A stretch of 64,000 nt of DNA from Candidatus Poribacteria bacterium (GTDB lineage Bacteria; Poribacteria; WGA-4E; UBA9662): assembly GCA_036339735.1 (NCBI GenBank), contig JAYZAL010000005.1, positions 32,001-96,000 of the forward strand, written 5' to 3'. Numbering within the stretch: position 1 is the stretch's first letter; each line of letters starts with the position of its first letter. The notes beneath the pieces were generated by a model. That model was not told the origin of the DNA. It saw only the letters and a program-made list of their open reading frames with translations, and did no database searches. The position numbers and the translations under genes were made by a program. This document shows positions 28,012 through 39,250 of this stretch, piece after piece.

Positions 28012-28045
28012 ATAGCAGCTTAACCCAGCTTTAAGCTGTTGTCAA
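28012..28045 (-). promoter_or_regulatory. Promoter overlapped by palindrome (possible operator or terminator)
   Basis: Minus strand TTGACA-N17-TAAGCT; inverted repeat AGCAGCTTAA-N7-TTAAGCTGTT spans it. Confidence 0.55.
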
Positions 28046-28084
28046 AGAAAAGAAATTCTTGATTCGCAGCGATTTTTCAGGAGA

Positions 28085-28777
28085 TCAATTTGTAAGTTGG
28101 AAGGTGCGAATAGTAGTACAGGAAGGAAATGGTTGTTGTAGTAGTGCCCGAGAGAGATGGATTTGATTAACCTGAACCGTACCCAGTTCAACATCTCTGA
28201 ACTGACGTATTCTATGTTGTAATTGACTGATACTTTTTTGAGATTTTATGCCAGCTAAGCTGAGGTGAGGTAGCCACTCTTCACCCTCTAGGGGATATAT
28301 GGGGATATCAGCTGCGTCCTGGTGCAATCTGCCTTGTAAGCGTGCTATAGCACCATTATCGCTCACTTCACAAACTACAAAACTACCTAGACCATTGAGT
28401 CGTTTTAGGCAAATCTCGAAGGATGGTATCTTCCCTATAATATTCTCAGCCTGTTCAATAATCAGATCAAGCGTATTCGCTTCTATATCATAGTCCTTTT
28501 CTTTTCTATCAGTGAAAAATCCCAGCCATTTTACTGTTACATGATAGTATTCCTCGGGCATTAGATAAATACCATCTAACCCTTGAAGTTTAGCTGATAT
28601 TTCTCGGATTTTATGAATGATTTCGGGTTGATGGATCGGGATACTCAAGGTCAAGCTAGTCTTTCGACCATCAAAACCAGCTACTCTCTCAGGGTCATAC
28701 GCCGAAGGCCTAAATCCATTCTGGAAGTGCTGCCAAACTTGTCCAAACTTATCTGCATGAATATTAGAATCTTTCAT
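28085..28777 (-). CDS. 2H phosphoesterase (2'-5' RNA ligase superfamily)
   Basis: Two Hx[T/S] motifs, YHVTV and PHLSL. Confidence 0.85.
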   Translation of the reverse strand: MKDSNIHADKFGQVWQHFQNGFRPSAYDPERVAGFDGRKTSLTLSIPIHQPEIIHKIREISAKLQGLDGIYLMPEEYYHVTVKWLGFFTDRKEKDYDIEANTLDLIIEQAENIIGKIPSFEICLKRLNGLGSFVVCEVSDNGAIARLQGRLHQDAADIPIYPLEGEEWLPHLSLAGIKSQKSISQLQHRIRQFRDVELGTVQVNQIHLSRALLQQPFPSCTTIRTFQLTN

Positions 28778-28791
28778 TTGTTATTAAAAAT

Positions 28792-28910
28792 CATTTTGAA
28801 TAAAAATCGAAATAATAGTACTCATCGCCAAATGCCGCACAAATGTATCACAACAAAACCAAAGATTCAATAAAAGCTTACAAGTTAATTCGTTATTTTT
28901 ATTCAAAATG
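28792..28910. repeat. Perfect 16-bp inverted repeats flanking an 87-bp spacer that contains a promoter
   Basis: CATTTTGAATAAAAAT (28792-28807) and ATTTTTATTCAAAATG (28895-28910); minus-strand TTGAAT-N17-TACATT lies between them. Confidence 0.75.
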
Positions 28911-28977
28911 CCAAGAAATGAAATAAGGATTTTCACTAGGCTAACAGTAATGCCCGATTATCGGTTAGTTTTGTAAA

Positions 28978-30270
28978 CTAAGAATTCCGAATAGTAATAG
29001 ACGCAGCATGCCCATCTAGGTTTTCGGTCTCTGCTAACTTGATAATTGGTTGGCTAACTCTTTCCAAGGCTGATTTTGTGTACTGAATTAAACTGGTTTT
29101 TTTAACAAAATCATCTACGCTCAATGGTGATGCAAACCTTGCTGTACCACCTGTTGGTAAGACATGATTAGGACCAGCCATATAATCACCCACAGATTCA
29201 GGCGTGTATTCTCCTATCATAATTGCACCTGCATTTCGAATTTGACCTAAAATGCTATATGGCTCTCTAACAATTAGTCCCAAGTGTTCTGGAGCAATTC
29301 GATTGGCTAAATCTATTGCTTGTTCTAGATTATCAACTAATAAAACAAATCCATAATTGGCGAAGGATCCAGTGATTTCGTTCTTTCTAGGTAGAGACGT
29401 TATTTGAATTTGGATTTGATCTTTGACTGATTCAGCCAAGGTATCACAAGTCGTTACTAATATAGCCGAGGAATCAGTTCCATGTTCAGCTTGAGAAATC
29501 ATATCTGCTGCTACATATGCTGGATTGGCTTGTTTATCAGCAATCACCAAAACTTCGCTTGGGCCAGCAATTTTATCAATGTCAACTAGGCCCATAACTT
29601 GACGTTTAGCTTCTTGAACATAAGGATTACCAGGACCTACAATTTTATCTACCGCTCGTATACTCTCTGTTCCATGGGCCATTGCGCCAACTGCAGGAGC
29701 TCCACCACATTTGTACACCTCATTGATTTTACATATACTTGCGGCTACCAACATGTGTGGATCTATTGTTCCGTCGGGTTTGGGGCCTAAGAAAACTACG
29801 ACCTCTTCCACACCAGCCACCTTAGCCGGTAAAACATTCATCAAGAGAGACGACACTAAAAGTTGACTAACCGATGGAACACAAACGCCTACTCTTTTGA
29901 GTGGACGAATCAAATGACCTAAAATAACACCTGAATCTTCTGTTGTGAACCAAGATTGCCGAATTTGACGCTGGTGAAACCGTTGAATATTTTTCTTTGC
30001 TTCATTAATAGCCGATACAAAGTCGCTATCCACCATCCCGTTGGCCTCAGTAAATTCCTTCTTTGTTACTCTCAAATTCTCTGTGTCAACTTGATCCGAA
30101 TCGTATTTTTCAATATATTTGACGACTGCTTTGTTACCTTCTAATTTGACGTCTTGCAAAATTTCACTAACGATTTTCTGAACCTGCAAATTTTCAAATT
30201 GGCCCCTACGATCGATTTTATCCATAAAATCGTTAGCTTCAGGTGATGAAAAATGAGCAATACGAATCAT
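28978..30270 (-). CDS. hisD: Histidinol dehydrogenase
   Basis: VDKIVGPGN.YV, AGPSE, QAEH, APEHL, GDY.AGPNHVLPT. Confidence 0.97.
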   Translation of the reverse strand: MIRIAHFSSPEANDFMDKIDRRGQFENLQVQKIVSEILQDVKLEGNKAVVKYIEKYDSDQVDTENLRVTKKEFTEANGMVDSDFVSAINEAKKNIQRFHQRQIRQSWFTTEDSGVILGHLIRPLKRVGVCVPSVSQLLVSSLLMNVLPAKVAGVEEVVVFLGPKPDGTIDPHMLVAASICKINEVYKCGGAPAVGAMAHGTESIRAVDKIVGPGNPYVQEAKRQVMGLVDIDKIAGPSEVLVIADKQANPAYVAADMISQAEHGTDSSAILVTTCDTLAESVKDQIQIQITSLPRKNEITGSFANYGFVLLVDNLEQAIDLANRIAPEHLGLIVREPYSILGQIRNAGAIMIGEYTPESVGDYMAGPNHVLPTGGTARFASPLSVDDFVKKTSLIQYTKSALERVSQPIIKLAETENLDGHAASITIRNS

Positions 30271-31532
30271 GTGTTAAGCCTCCTTATATCAGCTCCAACA
30301 GCTGAAAGTTTTGCCTCTACTTTTTCGTAACCACGGTCAATATGGTAAACCCTTGAAACTAACGTTTGACCTTGAGCTGCCAGCCCACCCAGAACTAAAA
30401 CGATACCTGCCCGTAAATCAGACGCCATAACAGGAGCACCACTCAACTGGCCCACACCATGAATGACAGCCATATTACCATCAACTCGAATGTTAGCCCC
30501 TAATCGATTTAGCTCGGCTACATGCATAAATCGATCCTGATGGATGGTTTCGGTAATAACACTAACGCCAGATACTAAACTGAGTAATCCCATGATTTGT
30601 GCTTGCATATCAGTTGGGAATCCGGGATACACATCAGTACGAACATCGGTAGGATGTAGCTGACGATCCGCCCAAACTCTTACTCCATCGTTCTGCCAAG
30701 ACATTTTGACTCCAATCTGAACTAATTTTTCGGTAACAGCCTGAACCTGTACCATGTTAGCACCTTTGAGAAAGAGATCTCCCTTAGTCATCGCTGCGGC
30801 CACCATAAATGTACCCGTCTCGATATCATCAGACAACACTGAATGACGAGTTCCACTCAAAGAATTAACACCATGAATTTTCAGTTCAGTTGTTCCAATC
30901 CCTTCAATACTGGCACCCATTTTTATGAGGAAATGAGCCAAATCTGTGATATGAGGTTCGCAAGCAGCTGGGCGTATGGTAGTTGTACCTTGGCCCAGTG
31001 TCGCGGCCATCATCACGTTAGCTGTAGCCCCAACACTTGCTCCAAAAACCCCCTTAAGGTAGATATCGGTCCCTTGCAAACTATCAGCATGTGCATCAAT
31101 ATACCCACCAAGTACCTCAATTTTAGCACCTAAGCGTTTTAGCCCTTCTAAGTGTAAATCTATTGGCCGAGGTCCAATAGCACAACCTCCCGGGAAAGAA
31201 ACTCGCGCTCGACCCACTCTTGCCAATAAGGGGCCGAGAACATATATGGAAGCCCGCATCTTTCTAACTAGATCATAAGGAGCTTCATATGATGTCTGGT
31301 CAATAGGTTCGATTGTTAATTGATTATTCTCTAAATGGGTCTTTGCTCCTAGTTTTTCCAATAATGAACAAAGTGTTTTTACATCAGTTAGGTGGGGAAC
31401 ATTAGTAATGATACTTTTTGATTGACCTAAGATACCTGCAGCCACGATTATTGGTAGGGCTGCGTTTTTAGATCCACTAATGTCGATTGTTCCTTTTAAG
31501 GCTTTCTCACCATTAATGAGAAGTTTATCCAT
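30267..31532 (-). CDS. murA: UDP-N-acetylglucosamine 1-carboxyvinyltransferase
   Basis: SGSKNAALP, MRAS, PGGCAIG.RPIDLH, PGFPTDMQ, DLRAG, HIDRGY. Confidence 0.98.
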   Translation of the reverse strand: MDKLLINGEKALKGTIDISGSKNAALPIIVAAGILGQSKSIITNVPHLTDVKTLCSLLEKLGAKTHLENNQLTIEPIDQTSYEAPYDLVRKMRASIYVLGPLLARVGRARVSFPGGCAIGPRPIDLHLEGLKRLGAKIEVLGGYIDAHADSLQGTDIYLKGVFGASVGATANVMMAATLGQGTTTIRPAACEPHITDLAHFLIKMGASIEGIGTTELKIHGVNSLSGTRHSVLSDDIETGTFMVAAAMTKGDLFLKGANMVQVQAVTEKLVQIGVKMSWQNDGVRVWADRQLHPTDVRTDVYPGFPTDMQAQIMGLLSLVSGVSVITETIHQDRFMHVAELNRLGANIRVDGNMAVIHGVGQLSGAPVMASDLRAGIVLVLGGLAAQGQTLVSRVYHIDRGYEKVEAKLSAVGADIRRLNT

Positions 31533-31670
31533 AAAGGGCTCCGTTTTATTTATTCGTATTGGATATTATTTATTATTAGTTGGTATATAACTCTCGGGTA
31601 GCTCACTTGATCGCAATCTGTACCCAAAACCATAGGTTATCACATACAATTTGTTTTTTTCAAAATGCTC

Positions 31671-31699
31671 TTGACAGGCAAACCCAAATGTGCAAGAAT
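31671..31699 (+). promoter_or_regulatory. Putative sigma70 promoter upstream of the structured RNA and nqr operon
   Basis: TTGACA-N17-AAGAAT with extended -10 TG. Confidence 0.55.
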
Positions 31700-31730
31700 A
31701 TGGCGGTTTTATTACAGCTAAGTTAACGGA

Positions 31731-31938
31731 GACAGAGCTAGGCCGATTCGTCTAGTGAAGTAGGTGGCACTTTAGCCCCTATCGATAATGTTAGTAAATT
31801 TACGACCTGCCTTTCTGGGGGTGGGCGGCTTTCCTGTTTTTATGCAACTTGGCTTGCTCCTTACGATTCCCACTACTTGCCGTTTGATTTCAAGTGTTTC
31901 TTCGATTATTCTCCATCAGCCCGGCTCTGTCGTTTTTT
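31731..31938 (+). ncRNA. Candidate ~200-nt structured RNA (sRNA, 6S-like, or nqr leader)
   Basis: Ends pair (GACAGAGCTAGGCCGAT / ATCAGCCCGGCTCTGTC); inner AAGTAGGTGG / CCACTACTT helix; CCTGCC...GGTGGG hairpin; T6 tract follows; GC-richer than flanks. Strand not certain. Confidence 0.5.
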
Positions 31939-32047
31939 CGATTTTGGCATATTAAAATATAATAACTAAATGGCTCAGTGATTTTCGTTCGTAAAGCAAT
32001 ACCCCAAATAATCATTCGTTGATGAATGGACAAGGTTCTAGTGAATT

Positions 32048-33394
32048 ATGTATAGAATTAGGAAAGGATTGGATTTGCCAATTGCAGGTAGTCCCAGTTC
32101 AGAACTTGATGGAACAAAATCGGTTGGCGAAGTAGCTATCCTGGGCTCAGACTATGTCAATATGAGACCGACGATGTTAGTCAAAATTGGAGATCAGGTT
32201 AAAATAGGACAACCAATTTTTGAGTGCAAGCGACAACTTGGTGTTATTTATACTGCTCCAGCGGCGGGTGAAGTTATTAGCTTGAATCGGGGACAAAGAC
32301 GTGTTTTTCAAAGTGTTTCTATAAAACCTAATGATCAGGAAGAGCAGGTCGAATTCACACATTATCAATCTACCAGCCCAGAAAACGCTAATGAATCAAA
32401 TGTTAGAAATTTGTTACTAGAATCAGGTCTATGGTCCTCCTTTCGCACAAGACCGTACTCGAAAAACCCACCCTCAGATGAGAAGCCAAATTCAATCTTC
32501 GTGAATTCGATGGATACCAATCCGTTAGCACTAGACCCAATGGTGGTTATAAGTCAATATGATGAAGATTTTGCCAACGGGCTGCAAATTATATCGAAGC
32601 TGACCAACGGCACAACTTTTGTTTGTCATGAAGAAGGCAAAAAATTGCCTACAGTTTCAGGAAATATTCAGCTGAAAAGTTTTTCAGGCCCACACCCATC
32701 AGGGAATACTGGCACCCACATCCACTTCCTTGATCCTGTAAGCGCAAATAAAACTGTTTGGACGATCAACTACCAAGACGTTATTGCTATTGGAAAACTG
32801 TTTACAACTGGACGATTGTGGGTGGAACGCATAATTTCCATGGCTGGTCCCCAGATTAAGTCTCCTCGTCTAGTAAAAACCCGACTAGGAGCCTCAATCA
32901 ACGATTTGGTTGAGGGAGAATTAGTAAACGAAGATAACGTGAGGGTCATATCTGGTTCGGTGTTGAGTGGATTTGAAGCTAAAGGCCCATTTGCTTACCT
33001 TGGTCGTTACCATCACCAAATATCAGCCTTAGAAGAAGGGCACCGGAGAGAATTTTTGGGATGGGCCGGCGCTGGCGGAAATAAATTTTCGATTAAACCG
33101 AGCTTTATTTCCAGTCTATCTCCGTCAAAGAAGTTCGGTTTTACAACATCAACAGAAGGCAGTTTCAGAGCCATGATTCCTACCGGAAATTACGAAAAAG
33201 TGATGCCTCTTGACATCCTACCTACTCAACTTCTACGAGCTTTGATTACAAAACAAACTGATCTAGCGCAACAGTTAGGGTGTTTAGAACTGGAAGAAGA
33301 AGACCTGGCTTTATGTACTTTTGTGGATCACGGTAAAGTTGATTATGGCCCGATTCTTAGAGAAAATTTAACCCAAATTGATCAGGAAGGATAA
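32048..33394 (+). CDS. nqrA: Na+-translocating NADH:quinone reductase subunit A
   Basis: [41 protein letters not shown]. Confidence 0.96.
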   Translation: MYRIRKGLDLPIAGSPSSELDGTKSVGEVAILGSDYVNMRPTMLVKIGDQVKIGQPIFECKRQLGVIYTAPAAGEVISLNRGQRRVFQSVSIKPNDQEEQVEFTHYQSTSPENANESNVRNLLLESGLWSSFRTRPYSKNPPSDEKPNSIFVNSMDTNPLALDPMVVISQYDEDFANGLQIISKLTNGTTFVCHEEGKKLPTVSGNIQLKSFSGPHPSGNTGTHIHFLDPVSANKTVWTINYQDVIAIGKLFTTGRLWVERIISMAGPQIKSPRLVKTRLGASINDLVEGELVNEDNVRVISGSVLSGFEAKGPFAYLGRYHHQISALEEGHRREFLGWAGAGGNKFSIKPSFISSLSPSKKFGFTTSTEGSFRAMIPTGNYEKVMPLDILPTQLLRALITKQTDLAQQLGCLELEEEDLALCTFVDHGKVDYGPILRENLTQIDQEG

Positions 33395-34608
33395 TGAAAT
33401 TTTTAAGAAATATCCTTGATGAACTACACCCTCAGTTCGTAGAAGGCGGTAAATACGAAAAACTTTACCCCTTGTACGAAGCGTTAGACACCTTTGCTTT
33501 TACACCTGGAGAAGTATCAACCGGGAGTACTCATGTCCGAGATAGTATGGACATGAAGCGACTAATGGTAACTGTTGTTATTGCGCTTGTTCCTGTAACC
33601 TTGATGGGGATTTGGAATGCAGGATACCAAGCTATTTTAGTTTTAGCTGAACAAAATATTAGTTCTTGGGCTGATGTTTCGGGCTGGCGAGCTACGATTA
33701 TGCATGCAGCTGGATTTAGCTTGGATTCAAGTAGTGTTGCTAGTAATTTTATCTATGGCGCGCTGTTTTTCTTGCCTATCTACGCTGTTACCATGTTCGT
33801 CGGTGGTCATATCGAAGTCATATTTGCCATCATTCGAAAACACGAAATCAACGAAGGTTTTTTGGTAACCGGGCTTCTTTTTCCACTGACTTTACCGGCT
33901 ACAACACCATTGTGGCAGGTCGCTATCGGCATAGCTTTTGGCGTTTTCTTCGCTAAGGAAGTGTTTGGTGGTACTGGGAAAAACTTCCTCAATGTAGCCT
34001 TGACTTCCAGAGCGTTTCTTTATTTTGCTTATCCAGCTAATCTTTCTGGCGATGCGATTTGGGTAGCTGTTGATGGGCACACGGCAGCCACATCTTTAGG
34101 TCTAGCTGCGGCTGATGGGCTCAACGCGATTGAGTGGTCCCTGACTCAAGCCTTCTACGGAATGATCCCTGGGTCTATCGGTGAAACTTCCGTTTTATGT
34201 GCTTTGATCGGTGCCTTTGTTCTGATCTTGACTGGAACTGGTTCTTGGCGAATCATGGTGAGTGTGGTTGTCGGAGCTGTAGCGACCGTCTTCCTATTCA
34301 ATTCAGTAGGGAGTACCACTAACCCTATGTTCGCAATGCCTATTGAATGGCATTTGTGTCTAGGCGGGTTCGCGTTCGGTACGGTTTTTATGGCAACTGA
34401 TCCCGTCAGTGCTGCAATGACCAACACCGGCAAGTTTGTTTACGGAGCACTAATTGGAATCATGACCATATTAATACGTGTAGTGAATCCAGCTTATCCT
34501 GAAGGTATTATGTTGGCGATTTTGTTTGCCAACCTATTTGCTCCACTTATTGATTATTTTGTTGTTGAATCAAATGTCAAGAGGAGGTTAAGAAGAAGTG
34601 CAAGTTAA
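33394..34608 (+). CDS. nqrB: Na+-NQR subunit B
   Basis: [49 protein letters not shown]. Confidence 0.97.
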   Translation: MKFLRNILDELHPQFVEGGKYEKLYPLYEALDTFAFTPGEVSTGSTHVRDSMDMKRLMVTVVIALVPVTLMGIWNAGYQAILVLAEQNISSWADVSGWRATIMHAAGFSLDSSSVASNFIYGALFFLPIYAVTMFVGGHIEVIFAIIRKHEINEGFLVTGLLFPLTLPATTPLWQVAIGIAFGVFFAKEVFGGTGKNFLNVALTSRAFLYFAYPANLSGDAIWVAVDGHTAATSLGLAAADGLNAIEWSLTQAFYGMIPGSIGETSVLCALIGAFVLILTGTGSWRIMVSVVVGAVATVFLFNSVGSTTNPMFAMPIEWHLCLGGFAFGTVFMATDPVSAAMTNTGKFVYGALIGIMTILIRVVNPAYPEGIMLAILFANLFAPLIDYFVVESNVKRRLRRSAS

Positions 34609-35368
34609 TTCTTGGCAAGGAACTATTATAGTTGCGCTCCTACTTTGTTTGGTTTGTTCAGGTGTTGTATCCTTTACTGCCAACAATTTGAGAGCTCAAC
34701 AAGAAGAAAATGTCAAACTCGATGTTAAAAAGAATTTACTTCTGTCTGCGGGGTTGATCGCGAGCAAGGATGTACCAAAACCAGAAATTGAAAAAGCGTA
34801 CAAGAATGTTGAAGCTAAAGTCGTAGACCTAGAAACGGGTAAGTACATTGACGATGCACCAAATGACTTTGACGCAAGAGCTGCAGCTAAAGACGCAAGT
34901 CGAAATGTAGAAATCCCAGCAGACAAAGACATTGCGAAAAATAGGTATAGAGCTAAGTGGGCAAATGTTTATTTAATCAAGGAAAATGGCCAACCTACTT
35001 CCTTAGTATTACCTGTTAGTGGATATGGTCTATGGTCAACAATGTATGGTTTTTTAACTCTTGATACTGACACCCGTACAGTTAAAGGTTTGGGTTTTTA
35101 CGAGCATGCTGAAACACCAGGCCTAGGTGGTGAAATCGAAAATGAGAACTGGAAAGCTCAATGGCCAGGGAAAACGGTCCTTGATGCTCAATACAAACCC
35201 GAATTTACTGTTGAAAAAGGTGGCTATGCAAAAGGAACCACCTCAGTAGACGCACTGTCTGGTGCAACCATCACAAGTCGCGGGGTAGAAAAATTGGTCC
35301 ACTATTGGTTGGGAGATCACGGCTATGGCCCATTCTTAAACCAATTTAGGAACTCAATAGTGGAATAG
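34598..35368 (+). CDS. nqrC: Na+-NQR subunit C
   Basis: [30 protein letters not shown] site. Confidence 0.96.
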   Translation: MQVNSWQGTIIVALLLCLVCSGVVSFTANNLRAQQEENVKLDVKKNLLLSAGLIASKDVPKPEIEKAYKNVEAKVVDLETGKYIDDAPNDFDARAAAKDASRNVEIPADKDIAKNRYRAKWANVYLIKENGQPTSLVLPVSGYGLWSTMYGFLTLDTDTRTVKGLGFYEHAETPGLGGEIENENWKAQWPGKTVLDAQYKPEFTVEKGGYAKGTTSVDALSGATITSRGVEKLVHYWLGDHGYGPFLNQFRNSIVE

Positions 35369-35381
35369 GAGCGAATTGTTT

Positions 35382-36002
35382 ATGAGTAACGTTAAAGAAA
35401 CATTAATTAGTCCCATTTTTAGAAACAATCCCATTGCCCTTCAGATACTTGGTATTTGCTCTGCTTTGGCCGTTACCACCAAAATGGAGACAACCATTGT
35501 CATGTGCTTGGCATTGACTTTCGTTGTTGGTTTTTCGAGCTTGTTCGTTAGTCTGATTCGGAACTATGTGCCGTCCAGTATTCGTATTATTGTACAAATG
35601 GTAATTATTGCCTCTATGGTAATTATTGCGGATCAGGTCTTAAAAGCCTATCTTTATGATACCTCTAAGCAATTGTCAGTCTTTGTCGGTCTCATTATCA
35701 CCAATTGTATTGTGATGGGGCGAGCCGAAGGATACGCCATGAAAAACAGTGTGATTGATAGTTTCTTAGATGGAATCGGAAATGGTTTCGGCTACAGTGT
35801 TGTGCTACTGGTTGTTGGTTTGCTTCGCGAGCTACTAGGTAGTGGAAAACTTTTTGGGCACGAAATTCTACGGTTGACTAACGAAGGTGGGTGGTACACA
35901 GGTAACGGTATGATGCTGCTGGCTCCCAGTGCTTTTTTCTTGGTTGGTCTTTTCATTTGGGTCTTAAGAACTCTGGACCCAGATCAAGTGGAGGAGGAAT
36001 AA
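35382..36002 (+). CDS. nqrD: Na+-NQR subunit D
   Basis: [39 protein letters not shown] at 35382 preferred. Confidence 0.97.
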   Translation: MSNVKETLISPIFRNNPIALQILGICSALAVTTKMETTIVMCLALTFVVGFSSLFVSLIRNYVPSSIRIIVQMVIIASMVIIADQVLKAYLYDTSKQLSVFVGLIITNCIVMGRAEGYAMKNSVIDSFLDGIGNGFGYSVVLLVVGLLRELLGSGKLFGHEILRLTNEGGWYTGNGMMLLAPSAFFLVGLFIWVLRTLDPDQVEEE

Positions 36003-36004
36003 GA

Positions 36005-36619
36005 ATGGAACACTACTTGAGCCTGTTCATAAAAGCGGTTTTTGTCGAAAATATGGCCTTGTCTTTCTTTCTAGGTATGTGTACATTTTTAGCAGTATCC
36101 AAGCAAGTTAAGACTTCTATAGGTTTAGGTTTTGCTGTCATTGTAGTGCAGGGGATTACTGTGCCTGCCAATAATTTGATTTACACCTATCTTCTAAAGC
36201 CTGGTGGATTGACGTGGGCAGGGGCCCAATTTGCTGATATAGATCTTACTTTCTTGGGATTGATTAGTTACATTGGTGTAATTGCAGCTATGGTTCAGAT
36301 TCTAGAGATGACTCTGGATCGTTATGTGCCGGCCCTGTACGCCGCACTCGGTATATTTCTTCCATTGATTACAGTAAATTGCGCTATTTTAGGTGGTTCT
36401 CTACTGATGGTGGAACGAAGTTATTCGTTCAAAGAAAGTGTTGTTTTTGGCTTAGGGTCCGGTGCTGGTTGGGCTTTAGCCATTATGGCGTTAGCTGGTG
36501 TTCGTGAAAAATTAAAATATAGCGATATTCCAGCTGGTCTTCGTGGCCTAGGGATTACATTCATTGTTGTTGGTTTGATGGCTCTTGGCTTTTTGGCCTT
36601 TTCCGGTATTCAATTATAA
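36005..36619 (+). CDS. nqrE: Na+-NQR subunit E
   Basis: [30 protein letters not shown]; start reassigned to ATG 36005 behind a GGAGGA RBS. Confidence 0.97.
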   Translation: MEHYLSLFIKAVFVENMALSFFLGMCTFLAVSKQVKTSIGLGFAVIVVQGITVPANNLIYTYLLKPGGLTWAGAQFADIDLTFLGLISYIGVIAAMVQILEMTLDRYVPALYAALGIFLPLITVNCAILGGSLLMVERSYSFKESVVFGLGSGAGWALAIMALAGVREKLKYSDIPAGLRGLGITFIVVGLMALGFLAFSGIQL

Positions 36620-36638
36620 ATTTTTATAAGGATAGAAT

Positions 36639-37865
36639 ATGATAGCAATTCTTCTTCCTTCACTGATTTTTACCCTAATTGTATTAGCTCTAGTGGGAAT
36701 TATCCTAGTTGCTCGCTCACAACTAGTTGCCAGTGGAAATATCAATATTAATGTTAATGGCGAAAAAAATTGTAGTGTAGCTGCCGGTGGGAAATTACTC
36801 AACGTCTTGGCTGACGAAGGTCTCTATGTTTCCTCAGCTTGTGGTGGTGGTGGTACTTGTGGGATGTGTAAGGTAAAGGTCTTAGACGGAGGCGGCGATA
36901 TTCTCGAAACCGAGCGTTCTCATATTAACAAGCGAGAAGCCCGTGAAGGTACCCGTCTGTCTTGTCAAGTGAATGTCAAACAGGATATGAATGTCGAGGT
37001 ACCAGAAGAAGTTTTTGGTTCAAAACAATGGAAGTGCAAAGTTCGGTCCAATGAAAGTGTTGCGACTTTTATTAAGAACTTGATACTTGAACTGCCAGAA
37101 GGGGAAGAGGTCCCATTTCGAGCTGGAGGGTATATACAAATTGAGAGACCTCCTGGACTCACTGTTGATTACCAGGATTTTGACATTCCCGAACTTTATC
37201 GAGGTACATGGGAACATTTTAAAGTTTTTGATAACGTTTCCTATAGTGATGAACAGATTAGTAGAGCCTATTCTATGGCAAATTATCCAGAAGAAAAAGG
37301 CATGATAATGCTCAATGTTCGAGTCGCATCACCTCCGCCAGGTTCACCTCCAGGAATTCCACCAGGTGTGATGTCCTCTTACTGTTTTGGCTTAAAACCG
37401 GGAGATGAAGTAACTATTTCTGGACCATTCGGTGAATTTTTTGCACGTGATACCGATAAAGAAATGGTATTTATTGGTGGTGGTGCGGGAATGGCTCCGA
37501 TGCGCTCGCACATTTTTGATCAACTAAAGCGAATAAAAACTGATCGTAAAATTACTTTCTGGTACGGTGGTCGATCTAAGGCTGAAATATTTTTTGAAGA
37601 TGATTTTGATGAGTTGGCAGCAGAATTTGATAATTTTGACTGGCATATTGCTTTGTCCGACGCTCAGCCAGAAGACAACTGGGATGGGTTGACTGGATTT
37701 ATCCATCAGGTTGCATATGATGAATATTTAAAAGATCATCCAGCTCCAGAGGATTGTGAGTACTACATGTGCGGTCCACCTCCGATGGCTAATGCTGTAA
37801 GGGCGATGCTTATAGACTTAGGAGTCGAAGAAAAAGACATCCTGTTTGATGATTTTGGTAGCTAG
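36639..37865 (+). CDS. nqrF: Na+-NQR subunit F
   Basis: [46 protein letters not shown]. Confidence 0.98.
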   Translation: MIAILLPSLIFTLIVLALVGIILVARSQLVASGNININVNGEKNCSVAAGGKLLNVLADEGLYVSSACGGGGTCGMCKVKVLDGGGDILETERSHINKREAREGTRLSCQVNVKQDMNVEVPEEVFGSKQWKCKVRSNESVATFIKNLILELPEGEEVPFRAGGYIQIERPPGLTVDYQDFDIPELYRGTWEHFKVFDNVSYSDEQISRAYSMANYPEEKGMIMLNVRVASPPPGSPPGIPPGVMSSYCFGLKPGDEVTISGPFGEFFARDTDKEMVFIGGGAGMAPMRSHIFDQLKRIKTDRKITFWYGGRSKAEIFFEDDFDELAAEFDNFDWHIALSDAQPEDNWDGLTGFIHQVAYDEYLKDHPAPEDCEYYMCGPPPMANAVRAMLIDLGVEEKDILFDDFGS

Positions 37866-37880
37866 TTTTATCACTTTCGT

Positions 37881-38972
37881 TTGTCTATCCGTTTTTTAAA
37901 GGGTTTTTACATACTAAATCGATCAGCCCTTTTTTTACTGATTTGTTGGATTTTACTGTGTTCTTGTCAAAAGCCAGATCCAGTGGTTTCTATTTCTGGA
38001 CCCACCATGGGGACCCGATATACTGTTAAGTATATCGGGCCGGAACTTAATGACACACCAGAACAAGTCCAAAAACAAATTGATCATTTACTGATAGACA
38101 TCAATCGGGAGATGTCTACCTATATCCCCGATTCAGAAATCTCACAGTTAAATGAAAACCAGTCGGCCGATTGGATCAAATTGTCGCCGAGACTGTTTAC
38201 AGTCTTAGCAGCAGCCAAGTTGATCAGTGATTTGTCGAATGGAGCTTTTGATGTAACAATCGGCCCGTTAGTTAATTTGTGGGGATTTGGGCCTGAGGGT
38301 GAGCGTGATGTTCCGAGCAAGACTGATATTGATCGAACTAAGCAGTTGGTGGGATTTGACCATATACAAATAGATATAGATGGTCAAAGTATCAAAAAAA
38401 AACACCCTGGCATTTACATTGATTTATCTGCTATTGCTAAAGGATATGGTGTAGATTTAATTGGGCAGTTTTTGAGCCAATTAGAAATTGGAAATTACAT
38501 GGTTGACATTGGTGGTGAGGTAAAAACTAAAGGTCTGAAAAATGGAGAACCATGGCAAATTGGTATTGAGAAACCAGACCCAAATGCACGTACAATTCAT
38601 AAAATTTTAGAGATTTCTGACATGAACGTGGCAACATCAGGCGGATATCGTAACTTCTTTGAGTCTGAGGGGAAAAATTTTTCTCACACAATTGACCCTC
38701 AAACGGGATATCCTGTTGAACACCGATTGGTTTCAGTTACCGTATTTGACCAGGAATCTTGCATGGAAGCTGACGCGTTAGCTACAACCCTGATGGTACT
38801 AGGGCCTGAATCAGGCATGGAGTTCGTCCAAAAGAATGACGTTGCAGCTTACTTTATTTATGGTGTTCAGAAAAACAGCGGCACAAAACTAAGAGAGGCC
38901 GTTTCACCTAAATTAAAACTTTTTTATCCTGACATTTTTGTTGAAATAGGGTCTGAAATTGTATATAACTGA
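37881..38972 (+). CDS. apbE: FAD:protein FMN transferase (lipoprotein)
   Basis: TMGT, FDVT.GPLV.LWGFG, DLSAIAKGY, ATSG.YRN, SHTIDP.TG, ADALAT. Confidence 0.95.
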   Translation: MSIRFLKGFYILNRSALFLLICWILLCSCQKPDPVVSISGPTMGTRYTVKYIGPELNDTPEQVQKQIDHLLIDINREMSTYIPDSEISQLNENQSADWIKLSPRLFTVLAAAKLISDLSNGAFDVTIGPLVNLWGFGPEGERDVPSKTDIDRTKQLVGFDHIQIDIDGQSIKKKHPGIYIDLSAIAKGYGVDLIGQFLSQLEIGNYMVDIGGEVKTKGLKNGEPWQIGIEKPDPNARTIHKILEISDMNVATSGGYRNFFESEGKNFSHTIDPQTGYPVEHRLVSVTVFDQESCMEADALATTLMVLGPESGMEFVQKNDVAAYFIYGVQKNSGTKLREAVSPKLKLFYPDIFVEIGSEIVYN

Positions 38973-38999
38973 TCAAATCAAAACTATATCATATCTAAA

Positions 39000-39233
39000 A
39001 TGCAATATTTTGTAATAAGTCTAATCTTTATGTTGATTACGGTTTTGGCGATGGCTGTTGGTGTGATCTTCAATAACAAAAGCTTGAAAGGAAGTTGTGG
39101 GGGATTAGGAACTGTAATGGGAGACGATTGCGATCTGTGTGAAAATAAAGACAAATGTAATAACAAAGAAAATACCGGTGGTACACCTAGTAATAAAAAT
39201 AATTCTGATGACGATATTTTTTCATTAGTTTAG
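39000..39233 (+). CDS. nqrM: Na+-NQR maturation factor
   Basis: Single TM, MAVGV, LKGSCGGL...CDLC; follows apbE. Confidence 0.88.
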   Translation: MQYFVISLIFMLITVLAMAVGVIFNNKSLKGSCGGLGTVMGDDCDLCENKDKCNNKENTGGTPSNKNNSDDDIFSLV

Positions 39234-39250
39234 TTTCAAGGTAACAGAAA

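Noticed and set aside
31788-31955. 55-aa ORF (MLVNLRPAFLG...) inside the RNA candidate
   Set aside because: No RBS and no recognisable motif; base-pairing explains the region better. A leader peptide is not fully excluded.
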